Source: Polyangiaceae bacterium
GTDB lineage: Bacteria; Myxococcota_A; Polyangia; Polyangiales; Polyangiaceae
DNA: 64,000 nucleotides
Direction of reading: 5' to 3'
NCBI GenBank assembly: GCA_965222375.1
Contig: CBDCTZ010000013.1
Location: forward strand, 416,001 to 480,000
The notes under the pieces were generated by a model. That model was not told the DNA's origin and did no database searches. It saw only the letters and a list, made by a program, of their open reading frames with translations. The position numbers and the translations under genes are program-made. Positions 48,960-59,677 of the stretch are shown one piece after another; positions within the stretch are counted from its first letter, which is position 1, and each line of letters begins with the position of its first letter.

Positions 48960-50894
48960 CTAGTTCAGCTTGGCGGGCAGAAGCAGAGTGAACGTCCCAT
49001 CCGCTTCGGCGCGGGCTTCCGCGACCTGAAGCACGCTCTGAGCGTCTTTGGGGTCGTCGGCATAGCCCTGGTCCGTCATGAACACGTAGGCGCGAATGAG
49101 GGCGCCGGGGACGACGACTTCACCGGGAACGCTCACCGTACCGTTGTATGCGACCGGCAGCGGCAGCTTGAGCTCTCCCAACTCGTGCAGGGGACTGTTG
49201 ACCGCAACGTTGGGGCGGACCGACCACGCGAAGCCGCTTTGGCTCTCGGGACGAATCGAGAGATCGAAGGTCCCGGGGTCGGATTGCAGAACAAAGCTGC
49301 CGTCGGAACCGACCACGGCAGTGACGGCCTGGGGCTTCAGAGGCGCGGTGCCGGCAGCCACGAGCAGGGGCTCGATGTCGACGGGTGATGGAATCGCATG
49401 TACGGGCGCGCCGTTGAGGGGTGAACCAGTGGGTGACAGCGCCGTCCCCGCCAAGTCCGATGCAGCCTCGACAGTGAGGGTCTTGCCCTTTTGCTGCAGC
49501 GGCTGCTTACCGACCTCGAGGGTCCGTACAGTCTGTGCCAAACCCGAGCCTGGAGGTGGCACGATGTAGACGTCGTACTCGCCCGGCAACAAGTCGACAC
49601 CGAACGCTCCATCGCTGGCCTCTGCGCTCCGCTCGAACGCGAACAGGGTACCCGAATTCAGGAAGCCGAGCTTCTTGGCAACGAACTTCAGGGTCGTCTT
49701 GCCCTTGACCAGCTTGCCAGCGCCGGTCTCGACGAAACTGCCCACGATGGATACGGCCTGAGGCACGCCGTCCAATTGATCGATGACGCCTTCTCCAACA
49801 CTGAAGGCGTCGAGGGTCGCGCGCTCCAGCACGATCGTGGGTGCCAACACCTCATCCGGGGGGCGCAGCCGAACCAGCTCTTTGCCGGCCGCCGTCCCCT
49901 CCCCGACCACGGGCGCGTATTCCACGTTTGCGCAGAATGGCGCTTTGGCGTCTGGGCAGTCCGGGTTCGGTTTTCCGTCCTTGTCGAGCTTCGGTTTGAC
50001 GATTGCGGGCGCCGACAGGACGCGACCGGTAGCCGGATCCATGACGTCCACGCTCCAGCCATCCAGGCTCTCGAGGGCGTTCTCGCTTGGCACGCTAGTG
50101 CCCGGAGCAGTCCACTCGATCTCGACAATCAACTGACTCGGGGGTGGCGACACCAGGGGCAGTGCGACCGAGCCGGCTTCGATGGTGACGCTCTTGAACA
50201 ACTGCGGCACGACGGTGCAGGGGTCAGAGCTCGAAGGGCCAGCAGCGCTCTTGTTGCCCTTGGCCACCAAGTCCTGGTCGGGCTCGACGTAGACGTCGTA
50301 TTGACCCGCAGGCATCTTGAGCTCAAAGGAAAACTCGCTGCCGACCTTTTCCGCGTTGGTCGTGTAGGCTTGAGTTGGCAAGCCCAGAAGTCGCTCGCTG
50401 GGGGTGAGCGTGAGTTTGACGGGAACCGTGGCGCCGCCGTTATAGTCAAGGCTGCAGCTTTTCTGATGACTGCCGCGGGTGGGGGCTACGGTCCCCTTCA
50501 CGGTGGAGACGACATCCAACTCGAGTTTCAGCTCTGGGTCGCCGCCCAACGCCAGCCCGGTTTGGGTCTTCAAGAAGCGCACCCCGGAAAATTCCGTCGC
50601 CGATGCAGGCGCCGTGATTTCGAACATCACCGTGGAAAATTGACCTTGCTCTGCGACGCACGTGCCGGCACGGCAGGTCCCCCCTCCGCCGCAATCCGAC
50701 GCCACTTCGCACTGGTTCTGAGGTGTGCCAGCCAGCGAATCATCCTCGGAGGCGACGCTGCAGCCGCCCAGAGCGACCGCACCGAACAGCAGCGTGAGGG
50801 CGGCAACGATCCCATCTGGGCGGCGGCCCGAAGCCCGAGTCAGCCCAAATTCGGGCCTCCGGGGCGGGGGGCTGCCGGCTGGGACACGTGCCAT
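48960..50894 (-). CDS. Lipoprotein with Cys motif and multiple beta-sandwich (carboxypeptidase-regulatory-like) repeats
   Basis: LGGC lipobox, CEVASDC...CRAGTC, repeated PAGQYDV / PGEYDV / PGTFDL; start uncertain. Confidence 0.8.
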   Translation of the reverse strand: MARVPAGSPPPRRPEFGLTRASGRRPDGIVAALTLLFGAVALGGCSVASEDDSLAGTPQNQCEVASDCGGGGTCRAGTCVAEQGQFSTVMFEITAPASATEFSGVRFLKTQTGLALGGDPELKLELDVVSTVKGTVAPTRGSHQKSCSLDYNGGATVPVKLTLTPSERLLGLPTQAYTTNAEKVGSEFSFELKMPAGQYDVYVEPDQDLVAKGNKSAAGPSSSDPCTVVPQLFKSVTIEAGSVALPLVSPPPSQLIVEIEWTAPGTSVPSENALESLDGWSVDVMDPATGRVLSAPAIVKPKLDKDGKPNPDCPDAKAPFCANVEYAPVVGEGTAAGKELVRLRPPDEVLAPTIVLERATLDAFSVGEGVIDQLDGVPQAVSIVGSFVETGAGKLVKGKTTLKFVAKKLGFLNSGTLFAFERSAEASDGAFGVDLLPGEYDVYIVPPPGSGLAQTVRTLEVGKQPLQQKGKTLTVEAASDLAGTALSPTGSPLNGAPVHAIPSPVDIEPLLVAAGTAPLKPQAVTAVVGSDGSFVLQSDPGTFDLSIRPESQSGFAWSVRPNVAVNSPLHELGELKLPLPVAYNGTVSVPGEVVVPGALIRAYVFMTDQGYADDPKDAQSVLQVAEARAEADGTFTLLLPAKLN

Positions 50895-51017
50895 CACCCC
50901 TCCTCTAAGCGACGGGCGTGCCATGGGCCTTTTGTGCGGATCCAGGCGATTTTGCACGCTTTGGGGTCTGACATGGCTGTCGCGCCGCTGGGTCTACCTC
51001 GCAGCGGGGGAGCACAT

Positions 51018-54000
51018 TCATACTGTAGCAAATCCCCCGCTGCCGGGCCGAGCGCGCAGCTTTTCGACCTGCCAGCGGGCATGGGCGTACTCGGGGCTGG
51101 TCGCAAGGCGGAGCAGATCCGCCACCGCCTCGTGCTCCGCGGCCAGAGTCCGCAGGGCCCCGGGCTGGGTCAGATCCACATCAGGCAATCCGCCCTCGGC
51201 GATCACCTCGCGAATCGCAACCATCAAGTCGCCGGCGGCGAACAACCCGAAGCGGCGCACGACCCGGCGCGCGCTGGCCATGGCGGCGGCGTAGTCGGTG
51301 GTGGCCTTGTTGTCGCACAGCTCGCGCAGCCGGCGCTGGGATCGCGGCGGAACGCTCTCCCACAGCACCTCCGCCAGGTTGGCCACGCTGGCCAGGGATT
51401 TCGGATCTTCATCGACGGGGTGACCGAAGGCGAGTTCGAGAGCTCGGAGCGCACCTCGAGCCTGGGCCTCGGGCGCCCCAAACAAGAGTACATGCTCCGG
51501 AAGCGTACCGGCCAACATGGCAGCAACGTGATACGAGAGGTCCAAGGACTCGCGCGTCACGTTCCCAGACACAATCACCGCGGGCGGGGAGAGCAATGCC
51601 ACGCTCACCGTCACTGGCCCGGCGCTGCGGCGTTGGAAGATCGGCGTTCGGGCCAGCCCCAACGCCCGAGACGTCGATGAGAAGACGCGACCCAAAGGTG
51701 ACGGCGCGCCAAGGGGGATCCGCTCCAACCCGGTCACTCCGTAGCTGCTCGGATCTCGTCGGAACACATGGGACGCGCCTTCCCAAACCAGCGCGAGGGC
51801 TTCAGAAGACGAACTCTGGATCTCCCGGGTCAGCAAGGAACGCACTCCGGCGGGGTTTTCCGGCTGGTCTGCGAGGGGCGGAACAGCGACCGGAGACAGG
51901 GAGAAATCCAGGTAGTGCAGGGTGTGCTCGATCGCTCGAGCGTAGGCCACATCGCGATCCGCCAGCGCCGCCTCGAATAAGCGGCGGACCAGGTCGGGGT
52001 TGCCCGGATCGAGATGGGCGACGCGCCTGGCGATGCTGACCAGGTCGTGGGAACGGGAGGCCCGGTTCTCGAGCTGGTTCATCAGCTCCATGCCCGCATC
52101 CATGGACCCCTGGATGAGCAGTGCGAATAGATGTTCCTCGGCTCGCCCGACCGCGGGGAAAACGCGCGACGGGCGACGACCGAGTTCGACCTCGTCGACA
52201 GCGGGCTGCTCGGGCACCGGTTGGGCTGGCTCCATCGCCGCGGCAGGCGGAGACTCGACGGCCTCCTCCTGCGGGGGCGGGCGGTCGCTCAGCGGGGAGG
52301 GCCGCGTCGGCGGAATGCTCTGCTGCAGCTGGGCCGCGACCGGCGCCGGACTCTCCACGCGCGGTTGCATCGGCGGCGTCGGGGAGCGCTTCGCTGGAAT
52401 GGACGAGAGCGATGCCGGTTTCGGAGGCGGCGATGCAGAGGGCTGCGCAGGGATCGAAGCCGATGACTTCGGCTTGGGCGGCGGAGTGGCTTTGCGGGGA
52501 ATCAGGGACGGCTCGGGCGGTGCCGATAGCTGGCTGGTCCGATCGGGCTCCGCGCGACCATCTCGAGCCCTTTGCGCCGCGTCCATGCGCTCTTCGACGG
52601 CCACGCGGGCGCCAGGCTTGGCCGGGGCGCGACCCAACAGCCGCGCGCTGGATGCCGGCCGGCGTGGGTGCCGCACCGAGTCGCGAACCAGACGCTGATC
52701 GTTGACGAGCTCCACCTGAAGCGCCAGAGCCGCTTCCCGGGTGCGCTCGTCCGAGGCCGCCACCTCGACGTGTTTGAGCGCACGTTCCAATTCCCCGGCG
52801 ACGTGTGCGGCGTGCGCCGCGGACAGCGCGACTCGGGCGCGGGTGCGCAAGCCGTGCAGATCTCCTGACAACGCGATATCGAATGCGTCCAAGGCCTGAG
52901 CAGGTTCGCCGCCCTGGGCCAAGCGCTCCGCGACGCCAAGGGCAACGAGGGGCTGCGTCCCACTCTCGGCCTGGGCTCGGGAAAGCTCTCGCATTCCCGC
53001 CCCAGAACCCAGAGCAACGTCCAAGCTCTCCGCCAGCAAGAACGCGCGCAACGACAGCTGATCGTCACTCAGCCCTTCGGGGTCCACTCCGCGCAGCTCG
53101 GCAACCGTGACGCGCGCGTCGTTGGCCGAACCTGTTCCGCGAACCCGGTATTCGAGCCAGCGAGCGGTCAGTTGAGACTCGCCGTCGTCGGGCGCGAGCA
53201 ACGCCGCACGCTGCGCCCGGGCCACCGCCTCCTGGATCTCTGCCCCCGCATCAAAGGCACGGGCGGATTCCGTGAGCAGCCTGGCCCGCTCCTGAGCCGT
53301 GCCCGGGGACAGCGATGCGAGTTCGTCCAGAGCCGTGGCTAGTGCGATGGAATCCCCGGACGTGCGCTCCAGGTCGACGCGCAGCTGAAGCAGCTCGCTC
53401 GTGGGCTCTGCCCAGGCTTCGATGCCATCGAGCACGCGTCGTGAAGCGGCTGCGTCCCCGCCTAGAAGCTCGGCCCGGGCAGCCCTCAGGGCGGCGTCGG
53501 CGGCTTCCCGTTTGTCCGTCGTGCAAGCGCTCGCTCGCATCCACAGCTGGGCGGCGCGGGCGCTCGCGTCCATACGCTCGTGGAGATCCGCCAGCACTCG
53601 CAGCACCGAGTAGTTGTCACCGGTGGCGGCAATCAACGCCTCCAGCTCGGAACAGGCTTCGTCCGGCCGCCCCAAGCGCTGCTCGAGCACGCTGGCACGT
53701 CGCAAACGGATCCGCCGCACATCGTCGACCCGCAGCGCGAGCCCGGCGCGGCGGGACAGCAGCGCGGTCAGTGCCTCCCAGTCGCCTCGATGTTCGGCGT
53801 CCCGCTCCAACGCCGACAGCGCGGCCAAATTCTTGGGATCGAGTTCCAACACCTGACGGTGCCGCAGCAGTGCGCCGTGTTCGTCTTTGAGTTCTCCGAG
53901 CAGGTTGGCGAGCTCCCTCAGGGTCGTCAGCCGTTCCGCCTCGGGCAGCAGCTCGACGAGCTTGCCCAGGGCGTCCGCTTGGGCCCGCTTGTCGCCACCT

Positions 54001-57000
54001 TGCCGTGCCAGGGTGACCATGTCTTCCAGCAAGCTGCGCTGGTCGCCGAGGGTGGCGGCCATGCGAGACAGGATCGCCAAGGCGCGCTCGGGATCGCCGC
54101 GCGCGGCCACGAGCGCGGCCAGCTCCTGGGCCACTTTGCCCCGCTCGATGGGGTCCAGCCCCTCCCGCTCCAGCTCCCCGATGAGTAGCTGCTCCAGCTC
54201 ATCCCGCCGGCCCGCGGTCGGATACAGCTGGCGTAGGCGATCGCGCGCTGCGTTGCATTCTGCTTCTGAAGCTTCTGGGTCTCCCTTGACGCGTTCCAAC
54301 GCCTCGATCGCTTCGGCGTGCTCCCCCTGCTTTTGGGCAGTATCCGCTTCCTGGATCAGGTTGGCGATCCGCGCTGCGCTGGGAACAACCGCCACCACCC
54401 GATCGAACAGCTCGACTTCACCACTGGATTGCGCCGCGATGGTTGCTCGATGAACGAAGTCCGCATCATCTGGGAAGCGCTCGGCAAGGGCGACCAGGAG
54501 CGCTGCCTGAGTTCGCACGGAGCCGACTTCAGCGGCAATGCGGGCAGCCAACTGGAGCAACTCACGCCCCGGTTTTCCGTACTCTTTGGTAGTGAGCTCC
54601 AGGACCCGGCTCAACCATTCCCTGGCGGCAATCTCGCGTGCCGCCAATTCCTGCGCTTGATTCGCCAGATCCGAGAACTCATCGATGTCCGCGTCTGCAT
54701 CGATGGCGCGGTCCAGGGCCGAGAAGGCCACATTTCCGTCGTTCAGTAGACGCAGAGCAATCGAGGAAGCGACGATTGCCGTGCGCGCCCCTTCAGGGCC
54801 CTTGCAGCCGCTGAGCAGTTCCTCCAAAGCGCGGCGCATGCGCATTTCGACGACATCTCGAGAATCTGGCGAAGTGCGCAAGACCAGCAGTGCTGCTTCG
54901 CCGAGGGAGCGCAGCGTCTCGCGATCGCCACGCACAGCCAGAGCGCGCAGGAGCACGTCCATGCGCTGACGAGCACCTTCCTCGCCGCCGCCGGCCAGGG
55001 CCGCTGCTCGCTGGAGCCAGGCGGCGCGCTCGCGCTTGTCGGTTTGCTTGTTCGCCACCCGCTCCAGAGATCGAACGATCTCACCGGCAGCCTCCACATG
55101 CCCAGCCAATCGGGTCATGACGACGTAGGTGACACCTTCCGTCGGAACCGCCTCGAAGGCCTTCACAGCGTGACGGATCGCACGGTTCGGGTGGCCACGT
55201 CTTTCGAACAAGCGGGACGCACGGTAGTGCACCGCGCGCTCCCCGTAGCGCCCCAACGCAGCATCGGACAATTTGTCGTAGATGGCTTCGAGCTGATCGA
55301 GATCTGCCGCGCTGGTGGCGCGCTCCGCAATGGCAAGCACGTCCGTCCGCGAGGGATCGAGATCCAGAGCCCGAATACTGAGACGCAACGCTGACGCCGA
55401 GTCGCCCGAGGACAGCGCCACCATGGCCGCGGTGCCAAATGCGCGGGATGCGTCCTGGGGCCTTTCCATGCGCACCGCGCTTTCTTCGAGGCGCTTGACC
55501 GCCTCCACGTGCCCCGCAAAGGACAGCAGATCCCGAGCGAAGCGTGCGGGCCCGCGTTCTCGGTCGAGGTCCGCGGCGCGCTCCCAAGCAGCCACGGCTC
55601 CCTCTACGTCACCAGCCAAGTCCCACAGCGCTGCACCGAGTTCGCGGAAGGCTTTCGCTGCCTCGAGGGGGACCGCCGGGGTTGCCCGAGCCGTTGCCTC
55701 AGCCCGAGCCTCGAGAGCGCATAGCTCGCCATCGCTGCCTCGAGCCTCCGGGCTCTGCTCCAATGCCTGCAACACCCGATCCGACTCGGCACCGAAGCGA
55801 GCAGCCCGTGCCAACGAACGCAGCGCTCCGTCTACATCCCCGACGGCGCCTCTGCGCGCTGCGATGTCCAAAGCGAGTTCCGCCCGGGCTCCATCATCGC
55901 CAGCGGTTGCGATGCGACGCTCCAACACCGTCAGCGCCAAGCCGGGCTCTTCCGCCGCGTCGGCCACCAGCAACACGACCTCGCACAGTTCCGGCGACCT
56001 CGGTCCAAGAACATCCACGGCGCGGCGCGCGATCCCCGCCGCTCGGGTGGAGTCGAGCTCCGACAAACGCAGCAGTGCAGCCCCGAGCGCGGGTGCCATG
56101 TCGAGGAGGGGTTCCGGCTGCGAGAGTAGCCAAGAGAGTGCGTCAGCCAACCGTCGCGCATCGCCGCTTTCCGTTACCCGACCGAGCAACGTGCGCGCAG
56201 CACGAGCATCTCCGGGTCGCAGAGCCAGCCAGCGCTGCGTCCACGCTAGCGCCAACACCGGGTCGCCGAGGGCCTCGTGGGCTTCGGCCAAGGCCTCACA
56301 CAACGCGGGTCGGGGCACGATCACCCCCATGGCGCGGTCGATTGCCTCTGCGGACTCTTCGCTCGGCCCCCGACGCAGGGCCACCGCCGCCAGCACGCCC
56401 ACCGGGCGCGCCAGGGAAGGATCGGCTCGGCGCGCTTGATCCGACGCCGAGATGGCGCCGTCCAAATCGCCGGCTTCTAGCAGCGCCTCCGCGGCTACGG
56501 CCAGTGCAACCGCCCGCACGCTCGCTGACAGCGGCTGAGAGAGCCGCGACAGAGCCCGAGCGCGACGCACGGGATCGTCACGTCGCGCCGCCAGCACCAC
56601 GGCGTAGCTCCAGGCCTGAGCGTGGGCGGCCGGCTCTTCTAGGGAAGCATCCAGTATCTCCAACGCTCCGGGAAGATCGCCGTGCTGCGAGCGGATCTTG
56701 GCGATCCTGACTCGTGCTCGCTCGACGTCGAATCCGGCAGGAGGCTGCGCCAGCCAGCGCCTCAACAGCGTTTCCAATTCGTCGTCGTTGCCGCTGCGCT
56801 CCAGGGACTTCTCGAAGCGAAGCCGACGTTCCGTGCGGTCCGGATCAGCGCGGACCAGCCGGCGTAGCAAGCCCTCCAGGTCATCTTGACGCTCAGGCCA
56901 TTCAACGAGCATCTCCGCGACTCGTTCCACGGCGGCGCCGCGCTCCGAATCCGACGCTTCCTTCAGCAGCTGTTCGGCCTCCTGCAGGGCCGTCTCGAGG

Positions 57001-58424
57001 GCTTCAGCCTGAGGGAGCAACCGGTCGGCCTGGGCGGCCAGCTCTGCGCTGGGCTGGACTTCGCGCTGGCGCTCGGTCGCCCAGTGCGCGAGCCGCGGGG
57101 CTTCGAGTTCCACCTCCGCCATGTGTGCCAGGTCGCGCAGCAGCGTCAGTGCTTCCCTTTTACCTGGGTGGTGCAGTGCGGCGTAGATCAGAGCGTCCGC
57201 AACCGCCCATGGGTCGAGGCTTCCCCGACGATGCTCGAGCAATGCGTTGCGAGCTTCTTCGATACCCGGTGACAATCGAAGCGCCTCTCGAAACGCTCGC
57301 AACGCTCGATCCGGACTGGACAAGGTCTCCTCGTACAACTTGCCGAGGGACAGATAGGCCCGCCCCCGTTCGTCGGGATCGAGGGAAGAGGCAGTCAGTT
57401 CATCGTGGGCCGCGAGCAACTCGTGCAGGCCCCCACGGGCCAGCACTTCCGCAAAGGCAGACGCGGCCGAATCAGGCGTGGCGCCGAAGCGCCCCGCGCT
57501 CCCATCGGCGTCGAGTTGGGCGTCGAATGCCGCCCCTAGCGCCGTGGGGAGATCCGACGCATCCAGAGCGTGGCGCAATCGCTCCAAATGCACCGCGCGT
57601 CCACTCTCGCCACAAGCGCGAGCATGCTCCCGCAACACCTCATCGGCTGCGCCAATGCGGCTACGAGCGCGAAGGGTCGTAGCCAGTTTCTCCGCCACTA
57701 TGGGTTCGTGGGGCGCCATTTCGAATGCGCGCAAGAGGTTCTCGAAAGCACCCACGCGGTCCTTGGCGCGATCCCTCCGACGAGCACCCTCCAGATACGC
57801 TCCCGCAGCTCGACTTCGCGAGACGTCGTCAGGCGCCCACGCGGAGAGTCCACCCAACAACTCCGCAGCCGCGGAGTCCGTCGGGTCCGCACGGGCGGCT
57901 TCGAAGAAAGCGTCAGCCGCGGCGGCAGCGTTTCCGGCTCGACCAAAAAGCACGCCCATGCGGGTGAGTTTCGCTGCCGCTGCAGCGCTCTGGCGTACCA
58001 GGGGTTCCAGAGTCCGCGCGGCCAAGCTGGACTCGCCGACCGCCGACAGCCACTGCGCCAACTCTTCTCGCAAGGTGGGATCGTCGCCAAGGAGCAGCGC
58101 GCGTCGCGCCAGCTTGATGGCCTCGTCCAAGCCGGTGCCGCGCTGGGTCAACGCGCGAGCCAGGGCGGCGGACGCTTGGCGCTCGGAGTCAGCGTCGTTC
58201 TGGGCACGCGCAGCGCGGGCCCGAGCCCTGAAGAACGCCAATTCCGCACGCGGCCCGGTGCGGCGAGCAACCGCTGGATCTTGAGTGAGCAACTCCAGCT
58301 GCAAGGACACCGCCGAGCGCGGCCCCTCCCGCCCCACCCATTCAGGAGGCGGCAAGGTGCGCACGCGCGGCTCCGCGGGGCCAGCTCCGGGAAAGTCCGA
58401 TTGGGTCTTCGGAGGCGAACTCAT
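51018..58424 (-). CDS. Giant TPR-repeat protein (2468 aa), myxobacterial AgmK-like architecture
   Basis: 7.4-kb ORF of Ala/Leu/Glu/Arg helical repeats, Pro-rich linker, C-terminal domain ending GLFAAGDL...DLLRLATSPEY. Confidence 0.85.
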   Translation of the reverse strand: MSSPPKTQSDFPGAGPAEPRVRTLPPPEWVGREGPRSAVSLQLELLTQDPAVARRTGPRAELAFFRARARAARAQNDADSERQASAALARALTQRGTGLDEAIKLARRALLLGDDPTLREELAQWLSAVGESSLAARTLEPLVRQSAAAAAKLTRMGVLFGRAGNAAAAADAFFEAARADPTDSAAAELLGGLSAWAPDDVSRSRAAGAYLEGARRRDRAKDRVGAFENLLRAFEMAPHEPIVAEKLATTLRARSRIGAADEVLREHARACGESGRAVHLERLRHALDASDLPTALGAAFDAQLDADGSAGRFGATPDSAASAFAEVLARGGLHELLAAHDELTASSLDPDERGRAYLSLGKLYEETLSSPDRALRAFREALRLSPGIEEARNALLEHRRGSLDPWAVADALIYAALHHPGKREALTLLRDLAHMAEVELEAPRLAHWATERQREVQPSAELAAQADRLLPQAEALETALQEAEQLLKEASDSERGAAVERVAEMLVEWPERQDDLEGLLRRLVRADPDRTERRLRFEKSLERSGNDDELETLLRRWLAQPPAGFDVERARVRIAKIRSQHGDLPGALEILDASLEEPAAHAQAWSYAVVLAARRDDPVRRARALSRLSQPLSASVRAVALAVAAEALLEAGDLDGAISASDQARRADPSLARPVGVLAAVALRRGPSEESAEAIDRAMGVIVPRPALCEALAEAHEALGDPVLALAWTQRWLALRPGDARAARTLLGRVTESGDARRLADALSWLLSQPEPLLDMAPALGAALLRLSELDSTRAAGIARRAVDVLGPRSPELCEVVLLVADAAEEPGLALTVLERRIATAGDDGARAELALDIAARRGAVGDVDGALRSLARAARFGAESDRVLQALEQSPEARGSDGELCALEARAEATARATPAVPLEAAKAFRELGAALWDLAGDVEGAVAAWERAADLDRERGPARFARDLLSFAGHVEAVKRLEESAVRMERPQDASRAFGTAAMVALSSGDSASALRLSIRALDLDPSRTDVLAIAERATSAADLDQLEAIYDKLSDAALGRYGERAVHYRASRLFERRGHPNRAIRHAVKAFEAVPTEGVTYVVMTRLAGHVEAAGEIVRSLERVANKQTDKRERAAWLQRAAALAGGGEEGARQRMDVLLRALAVRGDRETLRSLGEAALLVLRTSPDSRDVVEMRMRRALEELLSGCKGPEGARTAIVASSIALRLLNDGNVAFSALDRAIDADADIDEFSDLANQAQELAAREIAAREWLSRVLELTTKEYGKPGRELLQLAARIAAEVGSVRTQAALLVALAERFPDDADFVHRATIAAQSSGEVELFDRVVAVVPSAARIANLIQEADTAQKQGEHAEAIEALERVKGDPEASEAECNAARDRLRQLYPTAGRRDELEQLLIGELEREGLDPIERGKVAQELAALVAARGDPERALAILSRMAATLGDQRSLLEDMVTLARQGGDKRAQADALGKLVELLPEAERLTTLRELANLLGELKDEHGALLRHRQVLELDPKNLAALSALERDAEHRGDWEALTALLSRRAGLALRVDDVRRIRLRRASVLEQRLGRPDEACSELEALIAATGDNYSVLRVLADLHERMDASARAAQLWMRASACTTDKREAADAALRAARAELLGGDAAASRRVLDGIEAWAEPTSELLQLRVDLERTSGDSIALATALDELASLSPGTAQERARLLTESARAFDAGAEIQEAVARAQRAALLAPDDGESQLTARWLEYRVRGTGSANDARVTVAELRGVDPEGLSDDQLSLRAFLLAESLDVALGSGAGMRELSRAQAESGTQPLVALGVAERLAQGGEPAQALDAFDIALSGDLHGLRTRARVALSAAHAAHVAGELERALKHVEVAASDERTREAALALQVELVNDQRLVRDSVRHPRRPASSARLLGRAPAKPGARVAVEERMDAAQRARDGRAEPDRTSQLSAPPEPSLIPRKATPPPKPKSSASIPAQPSASPPPKPASLSSIPAKRSPTPPMQPRVESPAPVAAQLQQSIPPTRPSPLSDRPPPQEEAVESPPAAAMEPAQPVPEQPAVDEVELGRRPSRVFPAVGRAEEHLFALLIQGSMDAGMELMNQLENRASRSHDLVSIARRVAHLDPGNPDLVRRLFEAALADRDVAYARAIEHTLHYLDFSLSPVAVPPLADQPENPAGVRSLLTREIQSSSSEALALVWEGASHVFRRDPSSYGVTGLERIPLGAPSPLGRVFSSTSRALGLARTPIFQRRSAGPVTVSVALLSPPAVIVSGNVTRESLDLSYHVAAMLAGTLPEHVLLFGAPEAQARGALRALELAFGHPVDEDPKSLASVANLAEVLWESVPPRSQRRLRELCDNKATTDYAAAMASARRVVRRFGLFAAGDLMVAIREVIAEGGLPDVDLTQPGALRTLAAEHEAVADLLRLATSPEYAHARWQVEKLRARPGSGGFATV

Positions 58425-58557
58425 GATGAAGTGGACACTTTCCGGGCCTGAGCCCGGCTTTTCCGGAGACTATATCCAAACCGGGCTTGTCCAGACTCCA
58501 CCTTGGGTCTAGCCTCGTATCGCCGCGACCGACGGATCCCGCGGCGGAGGCTGGTCC

Positions 58558-59595
58558 ATGCAAAACTTCTCGTTATTTATGCGTTTTCCTGTGCTGGGTG
58601 CCGCCGTTGTCGCTGGCTCCCTGATCTCCGTGACCGCCCCGGCCCCGGCAGCGGCTCAAGGCAAGGCCGCCGCGGCCAAGCCGAGCGCCAAGGACAAGGC
58701 GACGGCCCGCAAGTCATACGGAGAGGGCGAGAAAGCCTACAAGGCCGGCAAGTACGGCGACGCCTACGACGCTTTCAAGAAAGCCTACGACGCCATTCCG
58801 ACACCTCACGCCGAGTACTGGATGGCGAAGGCCCTCGACAAGCAGGACAAGAAGGACGAGGCGGCCGCCGCATACCAGAAGTTCCTGGACAACCCTGGCA
58901 AGGACAAAGCCGGCAGCGAAAAAGTCAGCGATGCCAAGAAACGGCTCGACGAGTTAAAGGGCAAGCAAGTCGGTGAGGTCAACATCATCACAACGCCCGC
59001 CGGCGCCACGGTCATGATCGATGGGCAGCCCCAGATGGGTGAGGCGCCCATGATTGTGAAACTGCCTCCGGGCAAGCATACGGTCGCAATCAGCTCGCCC
59101 GGCTACCAGAATGTCGAGCGTGAGGTTGAAGTGAAGGCCGGCGACAAGTCCGAGCTCTCTGTCGAGCTCGTTCTGGCAGAGGCGCCGGTGGAGCCGGGCG
59201 AAGAGCCACCGCCGGAGCCGACCTCACCGCCCCCCGAGGAACCACCGCCCGCATCATCCAAGAGCAAGGTGCCCGCCTACGTCACCTTGGGCATCGCCGG
59301 TGCCAGCGCGCTGGTCGGCACGTTCTTCGGAGTAAAAGCCCTGAGCGCCAAGAGCGACTTCAACGACAAGCCCACGACAGATGCCGCGGACGACGTCGAG
59401 CGCAACGCTTTGATCGCCGACATGGCTTTCGGCGTTGCCATTACCCTGGGCGTCACCGGTGTGGTGCTCCTAACCAGCGCAGATTCCGACGAAAAGGCCG
59501 CTAAGAAGAAGCGCTTCGTCAGTGGCCCGCGCTTCAGCGTAGCTCCGGTGATCGGACCCACGGGTGGCGGTGCCGCTGCCCACGTCACTTTCTGA
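58558..59595 (+). CDS. TPR + PEGA domain protein
   Basis: Signal peptide, TPR helices, TPAGATVMIDG...LPPGKHTV...PGY (PEGA), hydrophobic hairpin, C-terminal Phe. Confidence 0.9.
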   Translation: MQNFSLFMRFPVLGAAVVAGSLISVTAPAPAAAQGKAAAAKPSAKDKATARKSYGEGEKAYKAGKYGDAYDAFKKAYDAIPTPHAEYWMAKALDKQDKKDEAAAAYQKFLDNPGKDKAGSEKVSDAKKRLDELKGKQVGEVNIITTPAGATVMIDGQPQMGEAPMIVKLPPGKHTVAISSPGYQNVEREVEVKAGDKSELSVELVLAEAPVEPGEEPPPEPTSPPPEEPPPASSKSKVPAYVTLGIAGASALVGTFFGVKALSAKSDFNDKPTTDAADDVERNALIADMAFGVAITLGVTGVVLLTSADSDEKAAKKKRFVSGPRFSVAPVIGPTGGGAAAHVTF

Positions 59596-59619
59596 GCCGG
59601 CCTCCTACACCGAGCTCGG

Positions 59620-59650
59620 ACGCGCTGGTTCGATATTCGAGCCAGCGCGT
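59620..59650. terminator. Hairpin between convergent genes, probable intrinsic terminator
   Basis: ACGCGCTGGTTCGA-TAT-TCGAGCCAGCGCGT, 14-bp stem with one G-U pair, followed by a T-rich stretch on +. Confidence 0.7.
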
Positions 59651-59677
59651 TTCGTCTTGTGACTTACGGGTTTCGCG

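Noticed and set aside
49491..51680. 729-aa plus-strand ORF and similar long shadow ORFs (e.g. 16754-18565, 4936-6417, 55315-56439)
   Set aside because: Antisense or alternative-frame shadows expected in high-GC coding DNA; low-complexity, no motifs
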